In this document: positions 30,368 through 40,253 of the stretch, in pieces
Layout: each line of letters opens with the position of its first letter
Numbering within the stretch: the first letter of the stretch is position 1
Source: an uncultured archaeon
Lineage (GTDB): Archaea; Thermoplasmatota; Thermoplasmata; Thermoplasmatales; Thermoplasmataceae
DNA: 64,000 nucleotides
NCBI GenBank assembly: GCA_000965745.1
Contig: CP009479.1
Span: 160,001 to 224,000, forward strand
Direction of reading: 5' to 3'
Made by a program: the position numbers and the translations under genes
The notes under the pieces: model-generated
Told to the model about the DNA's origin: nothing
What the model saw: only the letters and a program-made list of their open reading frames with translations
The model's database searches: none

Positions 30368-31603
30368 TTACACAGTTCCCCCGGTAAGGGTAACCCAGAC
30401 ATATTCGCCTTTTTCCATGCCTTCCACCGATTCCGGCACTACTGCGAGGCCGTTTGACATGAGAAGCGTGGATATCATTCCCGAGCCTGTAGACCTGAGA
30501 GGGGTGGCGTCAAGGGAATCTGTTGACCTTGAAAGAGCTATCCTCACAAAGGACCTCATGCCACCATTGTTTATCAGCCTCTCTGTAAGCCTTGCCCGTA
30601 TGACCTGCCTGCTGTCATTGTATTCCAGGATGTCGATCATGAAGCGGTCAAAGAAAGCCTCGAATGAAGTAAGTGCTGCAACCGGAAGGCCCGAAACGGA
30701 GAATACAGGCTTTCCACTTATCTCGAAGAGGGCTATTGTCCTTCCCGGCTTTATCATTACTCCCCTGAAGACCTGTTTCCCGATGTCCGAAAGGACTGCT
30801 GCGGAATAATCGCTCCTGCCTATGCTTGAACCTCCTGTTACAACAAGTATGTCCACGTTTTCAAGCGCATTCTGGACCCCCTTCTTTATGGCATCATATT
30901 CATCCGGGCAGACTCCCTCGTTTGTTGTGTTGATGTGCCCCTGCCTGAAGTAATTTATCAGCAGAGGCTGCGTAGTGTTCCTTATGCCGGAGAGTGAGCC
31001 CGGGACAATTTCATTCCCTGTCGAAATCACCCCAAGGTTGATTCTCCTGTAAACTTTTACCCTCTGCCTGCCCACTGCGATCATTGCAGCCACGTGCCAG
31101 GATTTGATCACATCGCCCCTGGCGATAATCCTCTTTCCCGACGCTATATCTTCGCCCTTTCTGGATACATTCTCCCATATTCTCGCGGACTGCTCCACGA
31201 AGAGAGTATCGCCGTACAACGATGCGTATTCAGCCATTATGACGGCATCTGCTCCGGGTGGCAGCCTTGCCCCGGTGTTAATCTCGCTGCATGTCCCGCG
31301 TTCAATTCGTGATGAGCCTTCAAATCCTGAGCTTCCTGTTACCGTGAGCGAAACAGGATTCTCTGCACTCGCACCCGAAACATCCCTCCGCCTCAGCGCG
31401 AACCCGTCAACTGCGCTTCTGTCGTAAGCGGGAACATCCTTCCCCGCCTTGACATCCTCCGCGATAACCATGTCCATGGATGATTCCACATCCACTTCAA
31501 TAATGCTGATTTTTCTCCAGGGGATGTCTTTGACTCTTGAGGTTGCCTCCTCGAAGGAGATAAGGTGCCTCAAACCGGACATTTTCCCCTTGACTCCGGC
31601 CAT
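30368..31603 (-). CDS. moeA: molybdopterin molybdotransferase MoeA
   Basis: DRSAVDGFA, NTGARLPPGADAV, STGNE, TGGSS and KPGRT motifs. Confidence 0.93.
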   Translation of the reverse strand: MAGVKGKMSGLRHLISFEEATSRVKDIPWRKISIIEVDVESSMDMVIAEDVKAGKDVPAYDRSAVDGFALRRRDVSGASAENPVSLTVTGSSGFEGSSRIERGTCSEINTGARLPPGADAVIMAEYASLYGDTLFVEQSARIWENVSRKGEDIASGKRIIARGDVIKSWHVAAMIAVGRQRVKVYRRINLGVISTGNEIVPGSLSGIRNTTQPLLINYFRQGHINTTNEGVCPDEYDAIKKGVQNALENVDILVVTGGSSIGRSDYSAAVLSDIGKQVFRGVMIKPGRTIALFEISGKPVFSVSGLPVAALTSFEAFFDRFMIDILEYNDSRQVIRARLTERLINNGGMRSFVRIALSRSTDSLDATPLRSTGSGMISTLLMSNGLAVVPESVEGMEKGEYVWVTLTGGTV

Positions 31604-31761
31604 AAGTACACTAACACCTTCTCGTTAATGAATGATTCCAACCTTGAAATCAATAGAGGCGGCATTGATTCCTGCATACCATTACTGCAATAAGGAAATC
31701 ATTTGGAATAAATGCTAAAATGCCCCTGCAATGGTTATATCCGCCCACAGGCTAGTTGTCC

Positions 31762-33078
31762 ATGTCCACAAGGACAGTGAATCCGTATAGCGGAGAAACA
31801 CTGGAAGAATACGAGGAGGACAACGATTCTGAAATCCGCAGGAAAATAAGCGGCCTGAGAAAGTCCCAGGCGGAATGGGGCAGAGACGTGGATGAGAGGA
31901 TAAGGTATCTTGAAAAGGAGCTGAGGCCGAGGCTTCAGAACAGCAGGATGAAACTTGCGAAGCTCGTCTCGACCGAGATGGGCAAGCCGATACAGCAGAG
32001 CATCTCGGAAGTTGACAAGTGCATAAGCCTCATAGATTATGGTGTCAGCAATTACAGAAAGTTTCTGGAGAATGAGGAAGTGGAGACTGAGGCGGAAAAG
32101 AGTTACATCAGGTTCGACCCCCTCGGTATTGTCCTGCTGATAATGCCATGGAATTTTCCGCTATGGCAGGTCATGACAGCCGCCGTACCTGCAATGGCAG
32201 CCGGGAATGCAGTCATATTGAAGCACGCGTCCATCGTTTCAGGGACGAGCCTGAAGCTCGAGGAAATCTTCAGCTCCGATCTTTTCAAATCGTCAATAGT
32301 TCCCGGGTCCAGGGCAATAAAGCTCATCAGGCATGCCGATGCGGTCTCATTCACCGGCTCAACCGGTGTAGGAGCAGCAATTGCTGAGGAAGCAGGCAGG
32401 CACATAAGGAAAGTTGTGCTGGAACTCGGCGGGTCTGACCCATTCATAGTCCTCAAGAGCGCTGACATTGACCAGGCCGTTGAAGAAGCCACTTTGGGAA
32501 GGCTGAAGAACAGCGGGCAGAGCTGTACGGCTTCCAAGCGGTTCCTTGTCCATGAGGATGTGTTCGAAGAGTTCAGGCGGAAGGTCATGGAAAGGTTCGC
32601 CTCCGTAGAGATCGGCGATCCGCTGAAAGACAGGACTTTCCTGGGGCCGTTATCCTCCATGCAACAGACGAGGCTCGTCCTCACCCAGATAGAGCACCTG
32701 AAATCGCTCGGGAGAGTGGACATGCTGGGCAAGCCCAGGGGCGGCATAGTGCCTCCCACCATCGCGGTTCCCCGGAGGAGGTTTGATGAGGAGATCTTCG
32801 GCCCCGTGGCCATCATGAAGAAGTTCAGGGACAATGACGAGGCGGTGAGGCTTGCCAATGAGACAGACTACGGCCTTGGGGCCTCGATATGGGGAGACCC
32901 CCTGGAGGCTGAGATGATGGTTCCACGCATTGAGGCGGGAATGGTATTCATAAACAGGCTCGTAACATCCGATCCGGGACTGCCTTTCGGAGGGGTGAAG
33001 AAGAGCGGAATAGGGAGGGAGCATTCACGATACGGCCTGATCGAGTTTGCCAACATAAAGACCGTGTGGGTACAGTAG
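31762..33078 (+). CDS. NAD(P)-dependent aldehyde dehydrogenase (SSADH-like)
   Basis: PWNFP, FTGS, LELGGSDP, GQSC, EEIFGPV and PFGGVKKSGIGRE motifs. Confidence 0.95.
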   Translation: MSTRTVNPYSGETLEEYEEDNDSEIRRKISGLRKSQAEWGRDVDERIRYLEKELRPRLQNSRMKLAKLVSTEMGKPIQQSISEVDKCISLIDYGVSNYRKFLENEEVETEAEKSYIRFDPLGIVLLIMPWNFPLWQVMTAAVPAMAAGNAVILKHASIVSGTSLKLEEIFSSDLFKSSIVPGSRAIKLIRHADAVSFTGSTGVGAAIAEEAGRHIRKVVLELGGSDPFIVLKSADIDQAVEEATLGRLKNSGQSCTASKRFLVHEDVFEEFRRKVMERFASVEIGDPLKDRTFLGPLSSMQQTRLVLTQIEHLKSLGRVDMLGKPRGGIVPPTIAVPRRRFDEEIFGPVAIMKKFRDNDEAVRLANETDYGLGASIWGDPLEAEMMVPRIEAGMVFINRLVTSDPGLPFGGVKKSGIGREHSRYGLIEFANIKTVWVQ

Positions 33079-33083
33079 ATCAC

Positions 33084-34253
33084 TCATATGCTGAGCGAAT
33101 CCTTCCTGAAGGTTCCGGAAAACCTCGAGTAGAATATCACTGCACTGAGGAATCCTGGAAGGGTGACCATGAGCCATATCTCATATGGTGAGGCCAGGTA
33201 TCCAAGCGCAAAGCCTCCAAGTGCCGGGCCCATTGACCTGCCAAAGGAGAGGAACGCATTGTATACGCCCATGTAGAAGCCGGTATTCCGGTCTCCATAC
33301 AGTTTCGACACTATCACGTTCCCCATGGGGAAAGCAAAGTCCTCCCCGAGGGATATGAACGCCATGGATAGGAGGAATGCGGGGAGAACCGTGTCGAAAG
33401 ACATAGTGAAGTAGCCGAAAGAGTATATCAGGGAACCAATGACAAAGCTCGTGGTTAGCGAGATTCGGCTGGAAATCCTGTATGCAATTCCCTGGAATGC
33501 CAGCACCGAAAGCCCGTTTGCCATGTAAATGAAGCCAAGCTCCGAGGTGTAAAGGTGGCGTATTGATGATGCGTAATTGGCGAGAGTCACGGATTCCTGT
33601 GCCTGAACCATGAAGAGGAGCATTCCGGACACGCCAATGATGATGAAGGCAATTGGAAGGGAAGACAGTTTCGGGCTCTTCTTTTCAATTACTTCTGGCC
33701 TCCTGTCTTCCAGTTTCAGGACGAATGCCCCGGAAACGAGTGACATTATGGCACCCATTGCATATATTGACGGATAGCCAAGGAAGAATATCACAAAGCC
33801 TCCCGCCGCAGGCCCGATTCCCCAGCCGATGTTGGCCCCCACCCTCAGGAACGAGAAACTCCTCAGGGGCTTGTTGCTGGACAGTGCCAGGAGCGCGTTC
33901 GATGATGGCCTTTGAATTGAGCTGAGCGTCTGGCCGATGATGAAGAGCGATGAAACAAGAACCGGGAAATTCCCGGACGAGGTCACGAAAAAGAGGGAGC
34001 CGTACGAAAAAGTCCCGAGGAAGAACGTGGTGAGAATGATCCTCCTGTATCCGAACCTGTCTCCAAGCCTTCCGCCATACACCTGTGAAGATGCCGCTAT
34101 GACCCCGCTGACCGTGTATATTATTCCCACAAGGTAGAGCGGTATTCCGAGTACCTCATACATGTACACAGAGGTGTAAACCCAAGATGACGCGAGGCCG
34201 AAAACCCTCATGAGGGCGGCTGAAGAAATGATGGAGACATTGGTCAGCTTCAA
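33084..34253 (-). CDS. MFS transporter
   Basis: GRLGDRFGYRR motif A and about 12 TM helices. Paralog of the next gene. Confidence 0.9.
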   Translation of the reverse strand: MKLTNVSIISSAALMRVFGLASSWVYTSVYMYEVLGIPLYLVGIIYTVSGVIAASSQVYGGRLGDRFGYRRIILTTFFLGTFSYGSLFFVTSSGNFPVLVSSLFIIGQTLSSIQRPSSNALLALSSNKPLRSFSFLRVGANIGWGIGPAAGGFVIFFLGYPSIYAMGAIMSLVSGAFVLKLEDRRPEVIEKKSPKLSSLPIAFIIIGVSGMLLFMVQAQESVTLANYASSIRHLYTSELGFIYMANGLSVLAFQGIAYRISSRISLTTSFVIGSLIYSFGYFTMSFDTVLPAFLLSMAFISLGEDFAFPMGNVIVSKLYGDRNTGFYMGVYNAFLSFGRSMGPALGGFALGYLASPYEIWLMVTLPGFLSAVIFYSRFSGTFRKDSLSI

Positions 34254-34292
34254 CAGGGAAGGAGAACTGGCAAAATGGTATAAGCAATTGCT

Positions 34293-35492
34293 TCAGGAAG
34301 GCAAATCAACAGTTTCCGAAGCCTGTTTCTCTTCGGCATTTACTATGCGGGAGAGCTTAATCATGTAAATCAGGATGGCTACGACCCCTGAGACAGTTGC
34401 CAGGCTCCAGATCTTTACAGGGCTTGCAAACAGCGTGAGTGCCGTCCCGCCGACCACAGGCCCCATCGACCTGCCCATGGATATGAAGGCATTGAATACG
34501 CCCATATGGTGCCCGATGTTCTCGTTCCTTGAAAGGGTGGTTACAATTGCATTACCAGCAGGAAAGCCAAAGTTCTCCCCTATTGTGGCCACAACCATCG
34601 ATATGACGAATTCAAGAAGGTTGTAGTCGAAAGCCATGGTGAAGAATCCAATCGTGAACAGAGCTATCCCTATTGTATACCCCTTCGAGAGGCCGATCCT
34701 CGATGTTATCCTTGTTATCGGCACCTGCAGCAGGATGACGCAGAGGCCGTTGACAAAGAATATGATGCCAAGCCCGAAGGCGGTGATATCCCTGAATGAT
34801 CCTGCAAAGTTGGGCAGCGTAACCGATTCCTGCCCCTGTATCATGAAGAGCAGTAGCGCAGACATTCCGAGGTAGAAGAAGAGCGGGTTTATGCGCCCTC
34901 TAGCTTTCACCGGATTCCGGGTTGTCCTGCCCCTTACATTCAGTATTGATAATGCGACAAATGCGTTTGCCACGTTCATGGCAACCCCGAAGAGGTAGAG
35001 GTACGGATAGCCGTAAAGTGAAACAATTGTTCCTCCGATCACCGGGCCGAACCCCCACCCGACATTGTTGCCCATCCTGAGGTATGAGAATCCCTTCAGC
35101 GATGAAGAGGAAGATAATGATACAAGCGAGTTCAACGGTGATAATATCGCAGAGTTGATCGAGATGTTTACAACAAATAGGATGGAAAAAACAAGGGGGG
35201 AATGCAGGAAGTATGAGACGTAGAAAATCAGGAAATACGCGACTCCACTGAGGCCAATGAGAGCCAGGAGTACGTTCCTGTGACCAAACCTGTCACCGAG
35301 GCGCCCGGCAAGAACCTGCGACATTGCTGCAGACAGGCCGCTTACAGTGAATACAAGGCCCGCAAACAAATAGCTTATGCTCAGGGCATCGTGCATGTAC
35401 AGCGAGGTGAATACCCATGTGGAAGAAAAGCCCATTCCTGCCAGTGATGACGAGACTGGAAGCAACAGATCATTGGTTTTTCTCAATATCAC
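34293..35492 (-). CDS. MFS transporter
   Basis: GRLGDRFGHR motif A and about 12 TM helices. Shares QESVTL.N with the adjacent MFS gene. Confidence 0.9.
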   Translation of the reverse strand: MILRKTNDLLLPVSSSLAGMGFSSTWVFTSLYMHDALSISYLFAGLVFTVSGLSAAMSQVLAGRLGDRFGHRNVLLALIGLSGVAYFLIFYVSYFLHSPLVFSILFVVNISINSAILSPLNSLVSLSSSSSLKGFSYLRMGNNVGWGFGPVIGGTIVSLYGYPYLYLFGVAMNVANAFVALSILNVRGRTTRNPVKARGRINPLFFYLGMSALLLFMIQGQESVTLPNFAGSFRDITAFGLGIIFFVNGLCVILLQVPITRITSRIGLSKGYTIGIALFTIGFFTMAFDYNLLEFVISMVVATIGENFGFPAGNAIVTTLSRNENIGHHMGVFNAFISMGRSMGPVVGGTALTLFASPVKIWSLATVSGVVAILIYMIKLSRIVNAEEKQASETVDLPS

Positions 35493-35569
35493 TTGTACTG
35501 CTCCGACACTTGTACGGGAGTTGAAAGTGATAATTATGCATTTTTATTTTCGGCCAGAGAGTATTCCGG

Positions 35570-35794
35570 TCATTCACCCGATCTTCGGAAAAGGACTTTT
35601 GAACCGGAACATTCTGCAAGAATGAGTTCGTACCCGTCCTCGAATCCGGCAGGTGTCACTGTAAGCCTTGTTGAAGCCACCGGAACATTTTCACCAGTGC
35701 TGTATTCGCCGAAGGACTCCCCATGGCAGGATGGGCATACCTTTCTTTTCCCGAATGCTTTCCTTCCGCAGCCGTTGCATCTGTAAAGCATCAT
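35570..35794 (-). CDS. short DUF35-like Zn-ribbon/OB protein
   Basis: CNGCG...CPSC and TVTPAGF. Overlaps the thiolase stop. Confidence 0.8.
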   Translation of the reverse strand: MMLYRCNGCGRKAFGKRKVCPSCHGESFGEYSTGENVPVASTRLTVTPAGFEDGYELILAECSGSKVLFRRSGE

Positions 35795-36927
35795 GGCGCA
35801 TCACCCAGTACTGCTGCAACAGCAGAGTTTCCAAAACCCGCCATGCCAATCGTGAAACCTGTGGAGTGGTTCTTTATCTGCCTGCTTCCGGCATTGCCGT
35901 TGATCTGCTGGTACGCCTCGAAGATCTGTGACACTCCGGTTGCTCCTATGGGGTGGCCCCTCGATATCAGACCGCCGCTGCTGTTTATGGGAAATTCCCC
36001 GTTTATCTCCGTGATGCCGTTTTCCAGTGCCTTCCACCCTTCGCCTTCCCCGAAGAAACCCAGGGCCTCTGCCTCAACGATCTCAAGTATGCTCGACATG
36101 TCGTGGAGCTCTGCGAAATCAGGCTTACTTGTCCCCGCCTGCTTCAATGCGGACTTTCCGGCGTCCCTGACGGCCTTAAGCGCAAGCAGGTCCTCCCTGT
36201 CAGTCACGTAGGATGTGTCTGATCCCATTCCAATTCCCCTGACATAAACAGGTTTCCCTGAATAGCTGGCTGCATCTTCATCCCTCACCATCAGGAGCGA
36301 TGATGAGCCGTCGCTTACAGGGCAGAATTCGTACAGCCTGAGTGGATCGGCAATAACCCTGGATTCAAGTATCTGCTTAACGGTCACAGCCTTGCTGATG
36401 TGCGAGACCGGATTAAGTGCGCCGTTCCTGTGGTTCTTCTCCGATACCATGGCTATGGATTCCCTAGTTGCAGGGTATTTCTTCATGTAAAGCGCTGCAA
36501 GCAGCCCTGCAAGTGATGGCAGTGAAGGCCCCGCTTCCCGTTCCCTCCTGCCCAGAAGAGTAGCTATTGTTCCTGCCACTTCCCTGGTTGGCTTTCCAGT
36601 CATCTTCTCTGCCCCTATGAGCAGAACTGAGCTTGCAAAACCGGATTCAAGCATCGACGAGGCGGCCAATACCGCTGCCCCTCCTGAGGCGCTTGTCTTG
36701 TCCACCCTGAAGGATGGGGTGTTGTCCAGTGCGAGGTATGTTGTAATAAGTTCATTCAGCCCGGAAATGCTGTTGAATTCACCTGAATAGGCGTTTGATA
36801 CGATCACGAAATCGATCTGGTCCCTGTTTTTCCTCACTATTGGCAGGGCAGACTCCGCGGCAATGTCAAGAATATCCTCTTCGCTCCTCCCGAATTTTGA
36901 GTGTTCAGCGGAGACTATCGCCACCAT
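35791..36927 (-). CDS. SCP2/thiolase-family protein lacking the catalytic Cys
   Basis: Thiolase fold motifs GAEKM, KNH.NG..NP, ELHD and GHPIGATG. The canonical CASG loop reads TSASG. Confidence 0.88.
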   Translation of the reverse strand: MVAIVSAEHSKFGRSEEDILDIAAESALPIVRKNRDQIDFVIVSNAYSGEFNSISGLNELITTYLALDNTPSFRVDKTSASGGAAVLAASSMLESGFASSVLLIGAEKMTGKPTREVAGTIATLLGRREREAGPSLPSLAGLLAALYMKKYPATRESIAMVSEKNHRNGALNPVSHISKAVTVKQILESRVIADPLRLYEFCPVSDGSSSLLMVRDEDAASYSGKPVYVRGIGMGSDTSYVTDREDLLALKAVRDAGKSALKQAGTSKPDFAELHDMSSILEIVEAEALGFFGEGEGWKALENGITEINGEFPINSSGGLISRGHPIGATGVSQIFEAYQQINGNAGSRQIKNHSTGFTIGMAGFGNSAVAAVLGDAP

Positions 36928-37004
36928 GGTTGGTATTGGAGGGGAGAGTATTAAACCCTTTGAGAAAAAGAGGTCCCCCCGTTGCCAGTTCCTGCAACAG
37001 AGGG

Positions 37005-38234
37005 TTAATCTTTCTGTTCCGTGCAGGAAAAAACCACTTTTCCGCGGATCAGGCCCCGGATTTCATGTTCCCCGAATCCCGCATCCAGGAGAATCTCCCC
37101 GGTATGTTCCCCAAGCAGCGGTGGAGGTAGCCTGATGCTGCCAGGTGTCCTGCTCATCCTGAAGGGTGTCCCCAGTGACTTCACCTTGCCGTATCCCGGA
37201 TGGGACACTTCAGTTATCATGTTTCTCGCCGTTACCTGTTCGTTGCGCTCGAGATCGCTTATCCTGTTGATGGGGGACACCGGAATCCCATGGTTTTCAA
37301 GGAGGTTCACCAGCTCGGATGTGGCCTTCGCACTGAAAAGCGGCCCAAGCTTTTTGTTGAGGTAATCCCTGTTTTTCACGCGCTCCCTGTTCCCCATGAG
37401 CAACGGGTCATCCGCCATGGCGGGAGACCCGAGTGCGGTGCAGAACGATTTCCACAGCTTCTCGGTCCCCACCGCCACGGATATGTATCCGTCGCTGGTT
37501 TCATAGACCTGGTATGGAGCTATGCTGGAGTGGGCAGAGCCCATCGGCTCAGGGTCGATTCCGGTGGCAAAGTATGCTGTCGCCTGGTGTGTTAGGGTAA
37601 GCATGCTCGAATCCATCATGGAAGTGTCAATGTACTGGCCTTTCCCGGATACTGACCTGTAATGAAGGGCTGAGAGTATGGAGATTACTGCAAACATACC
37701 TCCTGTAATGTCCGTGACTGGGACTCCGAATTTCACCGGCGGCCTTCCCGGTTCACCAGTGAGGTCCATGAGCCCGCTGCTTGCAAGCACGGTAAGATCG
37801 AAGCCTGATTTCTCTCTGTAAGGCCCGGTCTGGCCAAAGCCTGATATGCTGCAGTATATGAGATCCTCCCGGTACTTCCTCATGGTGTCATAATCGATTC
37901 CCAGCTTCTCAGCAGTCCCTGGCCTGAAATTCTCCACTACTATGTCGCTTCCCTCAACCAGCTTTTTCAATATGGCTCCCGATTCCTCCCTTTTCAGGTC
38001 CATGGATATGCTCTTCTTGTTCCTGTTCGCACTCATAAAATATGATGAGATCCCGTTTACTTCCGGGGGCGCCCAGTTCCTGGTATCATCCCCAGCCGGG
38101 GGCTCCACCTTTATCACTTCTGCACCAAGATCGCCAAGGAGCATTGTGCCAAAAGGGCCCGCCATTGCCCTGGTAAAATCAAGCACCCTTAAGCCTTCGA
38201 GAGGTGAATGCAGTGTTTCTGATGGAATGCCCAT
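37005..38234 (-). CDS. family III CoA-transferase (CaiB/BaiF)
   Basis: PLEGLRVLDF, LGAEVIKVEPPAGD, NRNKKS, ENFRPG and catalytic Asp in PVTDITGG. Confidence 0.95.
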   Translation of the reverse strand: MGIPSETLHSPLEGLRVLDFTRAMAGPFGTMLLGDLGAEVIKVEPPAGDDTRNWAPPEVNGISSYFMSANRNKKSISMDLKREESGAILKKLVEGSDIVVENFRPGTAEKLGIDYDTMRKYREDLIYCSISGFGQTGPYREKSGFDLTVLASSGLMDLTGEPGRPPVKFGVPVTDITGGMFAVISILSALHYRSVSGKGQYIDTSMMDSSMLTLTHQATAYFATGIDPEPMGSAHSSIAPYQVYETSDGYISVAVGTEKLWKSFCTALGSPAMADDPLLMGNRERVKNRDYLNKKLGPLFSAKATSELVNLLENHGIPVSPINRISDLERNEQVTARNMITEVSHPGYGKVKSLGTPFRMSRTPGSIRLPPPLLGEHTGEILLDAGFGEHEIRGLIRGKVVFSCTEQKD

Positions 38235-38394
38235 TTGCCTGATCAGCTTTTCGAAGGTCATAATGATTTTCCAAGGTTTTGCAAAACTCCACATTTCCAA
38301 CTGTTTCCCGCCATCACAGAGTTACATTCGGGAAACTGCTTTCCCGGGAGAAAGCTTATATGTTATATATCTCCCGCCTATGTTATTCCCTGTA

Positions 38395-38763
38395 ATGTCC
38401 ACGCGACCTGGAGACGGGCCTCAATCCATTGAAGGATTGCTGAAGACCATTAACAAGAAATGGACTATCCTAACAGTGATCGCAATTGGGAACTGCAGGA
38501 GGGTCAGGTTCAACGAACTCAGGAGGGAGCTTTCCGGCATAAGCCCCAAGACGCTGATTGAGACTCTGAGGGAGCTTGAGAAGCTTGGCGCGGTCACTTC
38601 AGAGCAGTTTGTCGATTTGCCACCGAAGGTGGAATACTTTCTTACAGAAGATGGAGATCAATTGAGAAAGGCACTCATACCACTGGTAAGATGGATGGCG
38701 TCCAGGTGCGAACCGATGAACTCACGCGTTGTCGGCAATGCGCTGCAAATAAGGGGGAAATGA
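38395..38763 (+). CDS. HxlR-family winged-helix regulator
   Basis: KWTILT...RFNELRRELSGISPKTL...PPKVEYFLT. Divergent from the CoA-transferase. The upstream part of ORF 37942 is antisense shadow. Confidence 0.9.
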   Translation: MSTRPGDGPQSIEGLLKTINKKWTILTVIAIGNCRRVRFNELRRELSGISPKTLIETLRELEKLGAVTSEQFVDLPPKVEYFLTEDGDQLRKALIPLVRWMASRCEPMNSRVVGNALQIRGK

Positions 38764-38863
38764 TTTTTCCATGCCTCGCAATTCAGTCATTCGGGCATGA
38801 TGAATCAATACCGCACGGGCAGAAAACCGGAATTTATTAGGTACAAAATAATGTTCATTCCGG

Positions 38864-40147
38864 ATGATCCTTGATTCCCTTGAGGACAGAGTCATAAAGT
38901 ATTACAGCGATTCAAAGAAGGTCCTGCCACGCTATGACGGGCATTCCCTCACAAACATCCCGTCAACTGTTTCAGAAATGCTTGCCCCGGGAAGCGGAAC
39001 AGACAGCATAGGAAAGGAGCATTTCAATGATGTCGCCCCGGGTGATGCGTCAAAGGTTGTTCTCTTTTATATTGATGGAATCTCATACGATTTCACCAAG
39101 ACCCTGTCATCCGACATAGGGTTTCTCGGAAGGCTGGTAAGGAAGGGGGCAGTTTCCCCGATCACCGCCGTTTTTCCCACGACTACCGCAGCTTCTTGCA
39201 CTTCGCTCAACACCGGGCTTTCACCAATGGAACATACGCTGCTCGAATGGGAACTGTATTTCCATGAAACCGGCGCACTGATGTACACGCTCCCGTTCCG
39301 CGCAGTGACCAGCAAGTATTCAAGGAGAGCCAGAAAGCTGAGCCCTGATGCGCTTTTCAAAGGGGAAACGATATATTCAAAGATGAAGAGGCAGGGAGTC
39401 AGGAGCTTTGTCCTTGTAAACAGGAACATTTCTAAGGGGGCGTACAGCGACAGGGTTTTCGAAGGCGGTACCGTTGTTCCCTATTCATACATCACTGACT
39501 GCATTATACAGTTGAGAAACATCCTGGAACACGAGGAGGGCCCGCTGTACATCTATGTGTATATTGAGAGCGCAGACAGCGTTGGGCATACCTACGGCCC
39601 CGACACAGAGATGTACAGGGCAGAAGTTCGAAGCATTTCCAGGATCATAAGGTTCGAGCTCCTTGAAAAAATAGATCCGCTTGCTGCAGCAGACGTTTCG
39701 ATAATAATGACATCAGATCATGGGCAGGTCCAGATCGATCCTGCCAGAACTCGCTACCTCAACAGGATAAGCGGGCTGTGGGACAGCTTTGAAACACACC
39801 TCGGAGACCCAATACCTCCTGTTGGCAGCCCCAGGGACCTCTTCCTGCACGTCAGGAGTGACAGCCTTGAGGGTACGAAGGGCATCCTTGAGGATCATCT
39901 TGCCCGGATGGCTGCAATCATGACGGTTGACGATGCCATAAAGTCAGGTATATTCGGGCGCGGAATCCCTTCTGACCTGTTTCACATGCGGGCAGGGAAC
40001 CTGATGATCCTTCCCGACGATGGCAAGACGATCTGGTACCGGATAAAAGGCCAGGTCCCAATGCACCTCAGGGGGCTGCATGGCGGACTGAGCAGGGATG
40101 AAATGGTCATCCCGTTCGGGATTGCCAATCTCAGCCACCTCATCTGA
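38864..40147 (+). CDS. alkaline phosphatase superfamily / nucleotide pyrophosphatase
   Basis: YIDG, FPTTT, DSVGH, TSDHG and HGG motifs. Confidence 0.9.
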   Translation: MILDSLEDRVIKYYSDSKKVLPRYDGHSLTNIPSTVSEMLAPGSGTDSIGKEHFNDVAPGDASKVVLFYIDGISYDFTKTLSSDIGFLGRLVRKGAVSPITAVFPTTTAASCTSLNTGLSPMEHTLLEWELYFHETGALMYTLPFRAVTSKYSRRARKLSPDALFKGETIYSKMKRQGVRSFVLVNRNISKGAYSDRVFEGGTVVPYSYITDCIIQLRNILEHEEGPLYIYVYIESADSVGHTYGPDTEMYRAEVRSISRIIRFELLEKIDPLAAADVSIIMTSDHGQVQIDPARTRYLNRISGLWDSFETHLGDPIPPVGSPRDLFLHVRSDSLEGTKGILEDHLARMAAIMTVDDAIKSGIFGRGIPSDLFHMRAGNLMILPDDGKTIWYRIKGQVPMHLRGLHGGLSRDEMVIPFGIANLSHLI

Positions 40148-40253
40148 CAGGAAGATGCATGGACAATGTGGCTCAAAACCGGGGGTGAAAGGTCCACTGA
40201 AGGCTTATGTTTTAGTTAGGTTTTTATAATTTTGATATCATTATATCCGTGGA

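Noticed and set aside
37942-38394. 273-aa extended HxlR ORF
   Set aside because: The N-terminal part is antisense to the CoA-transferase gene; the HxlR domain starts near 38395.
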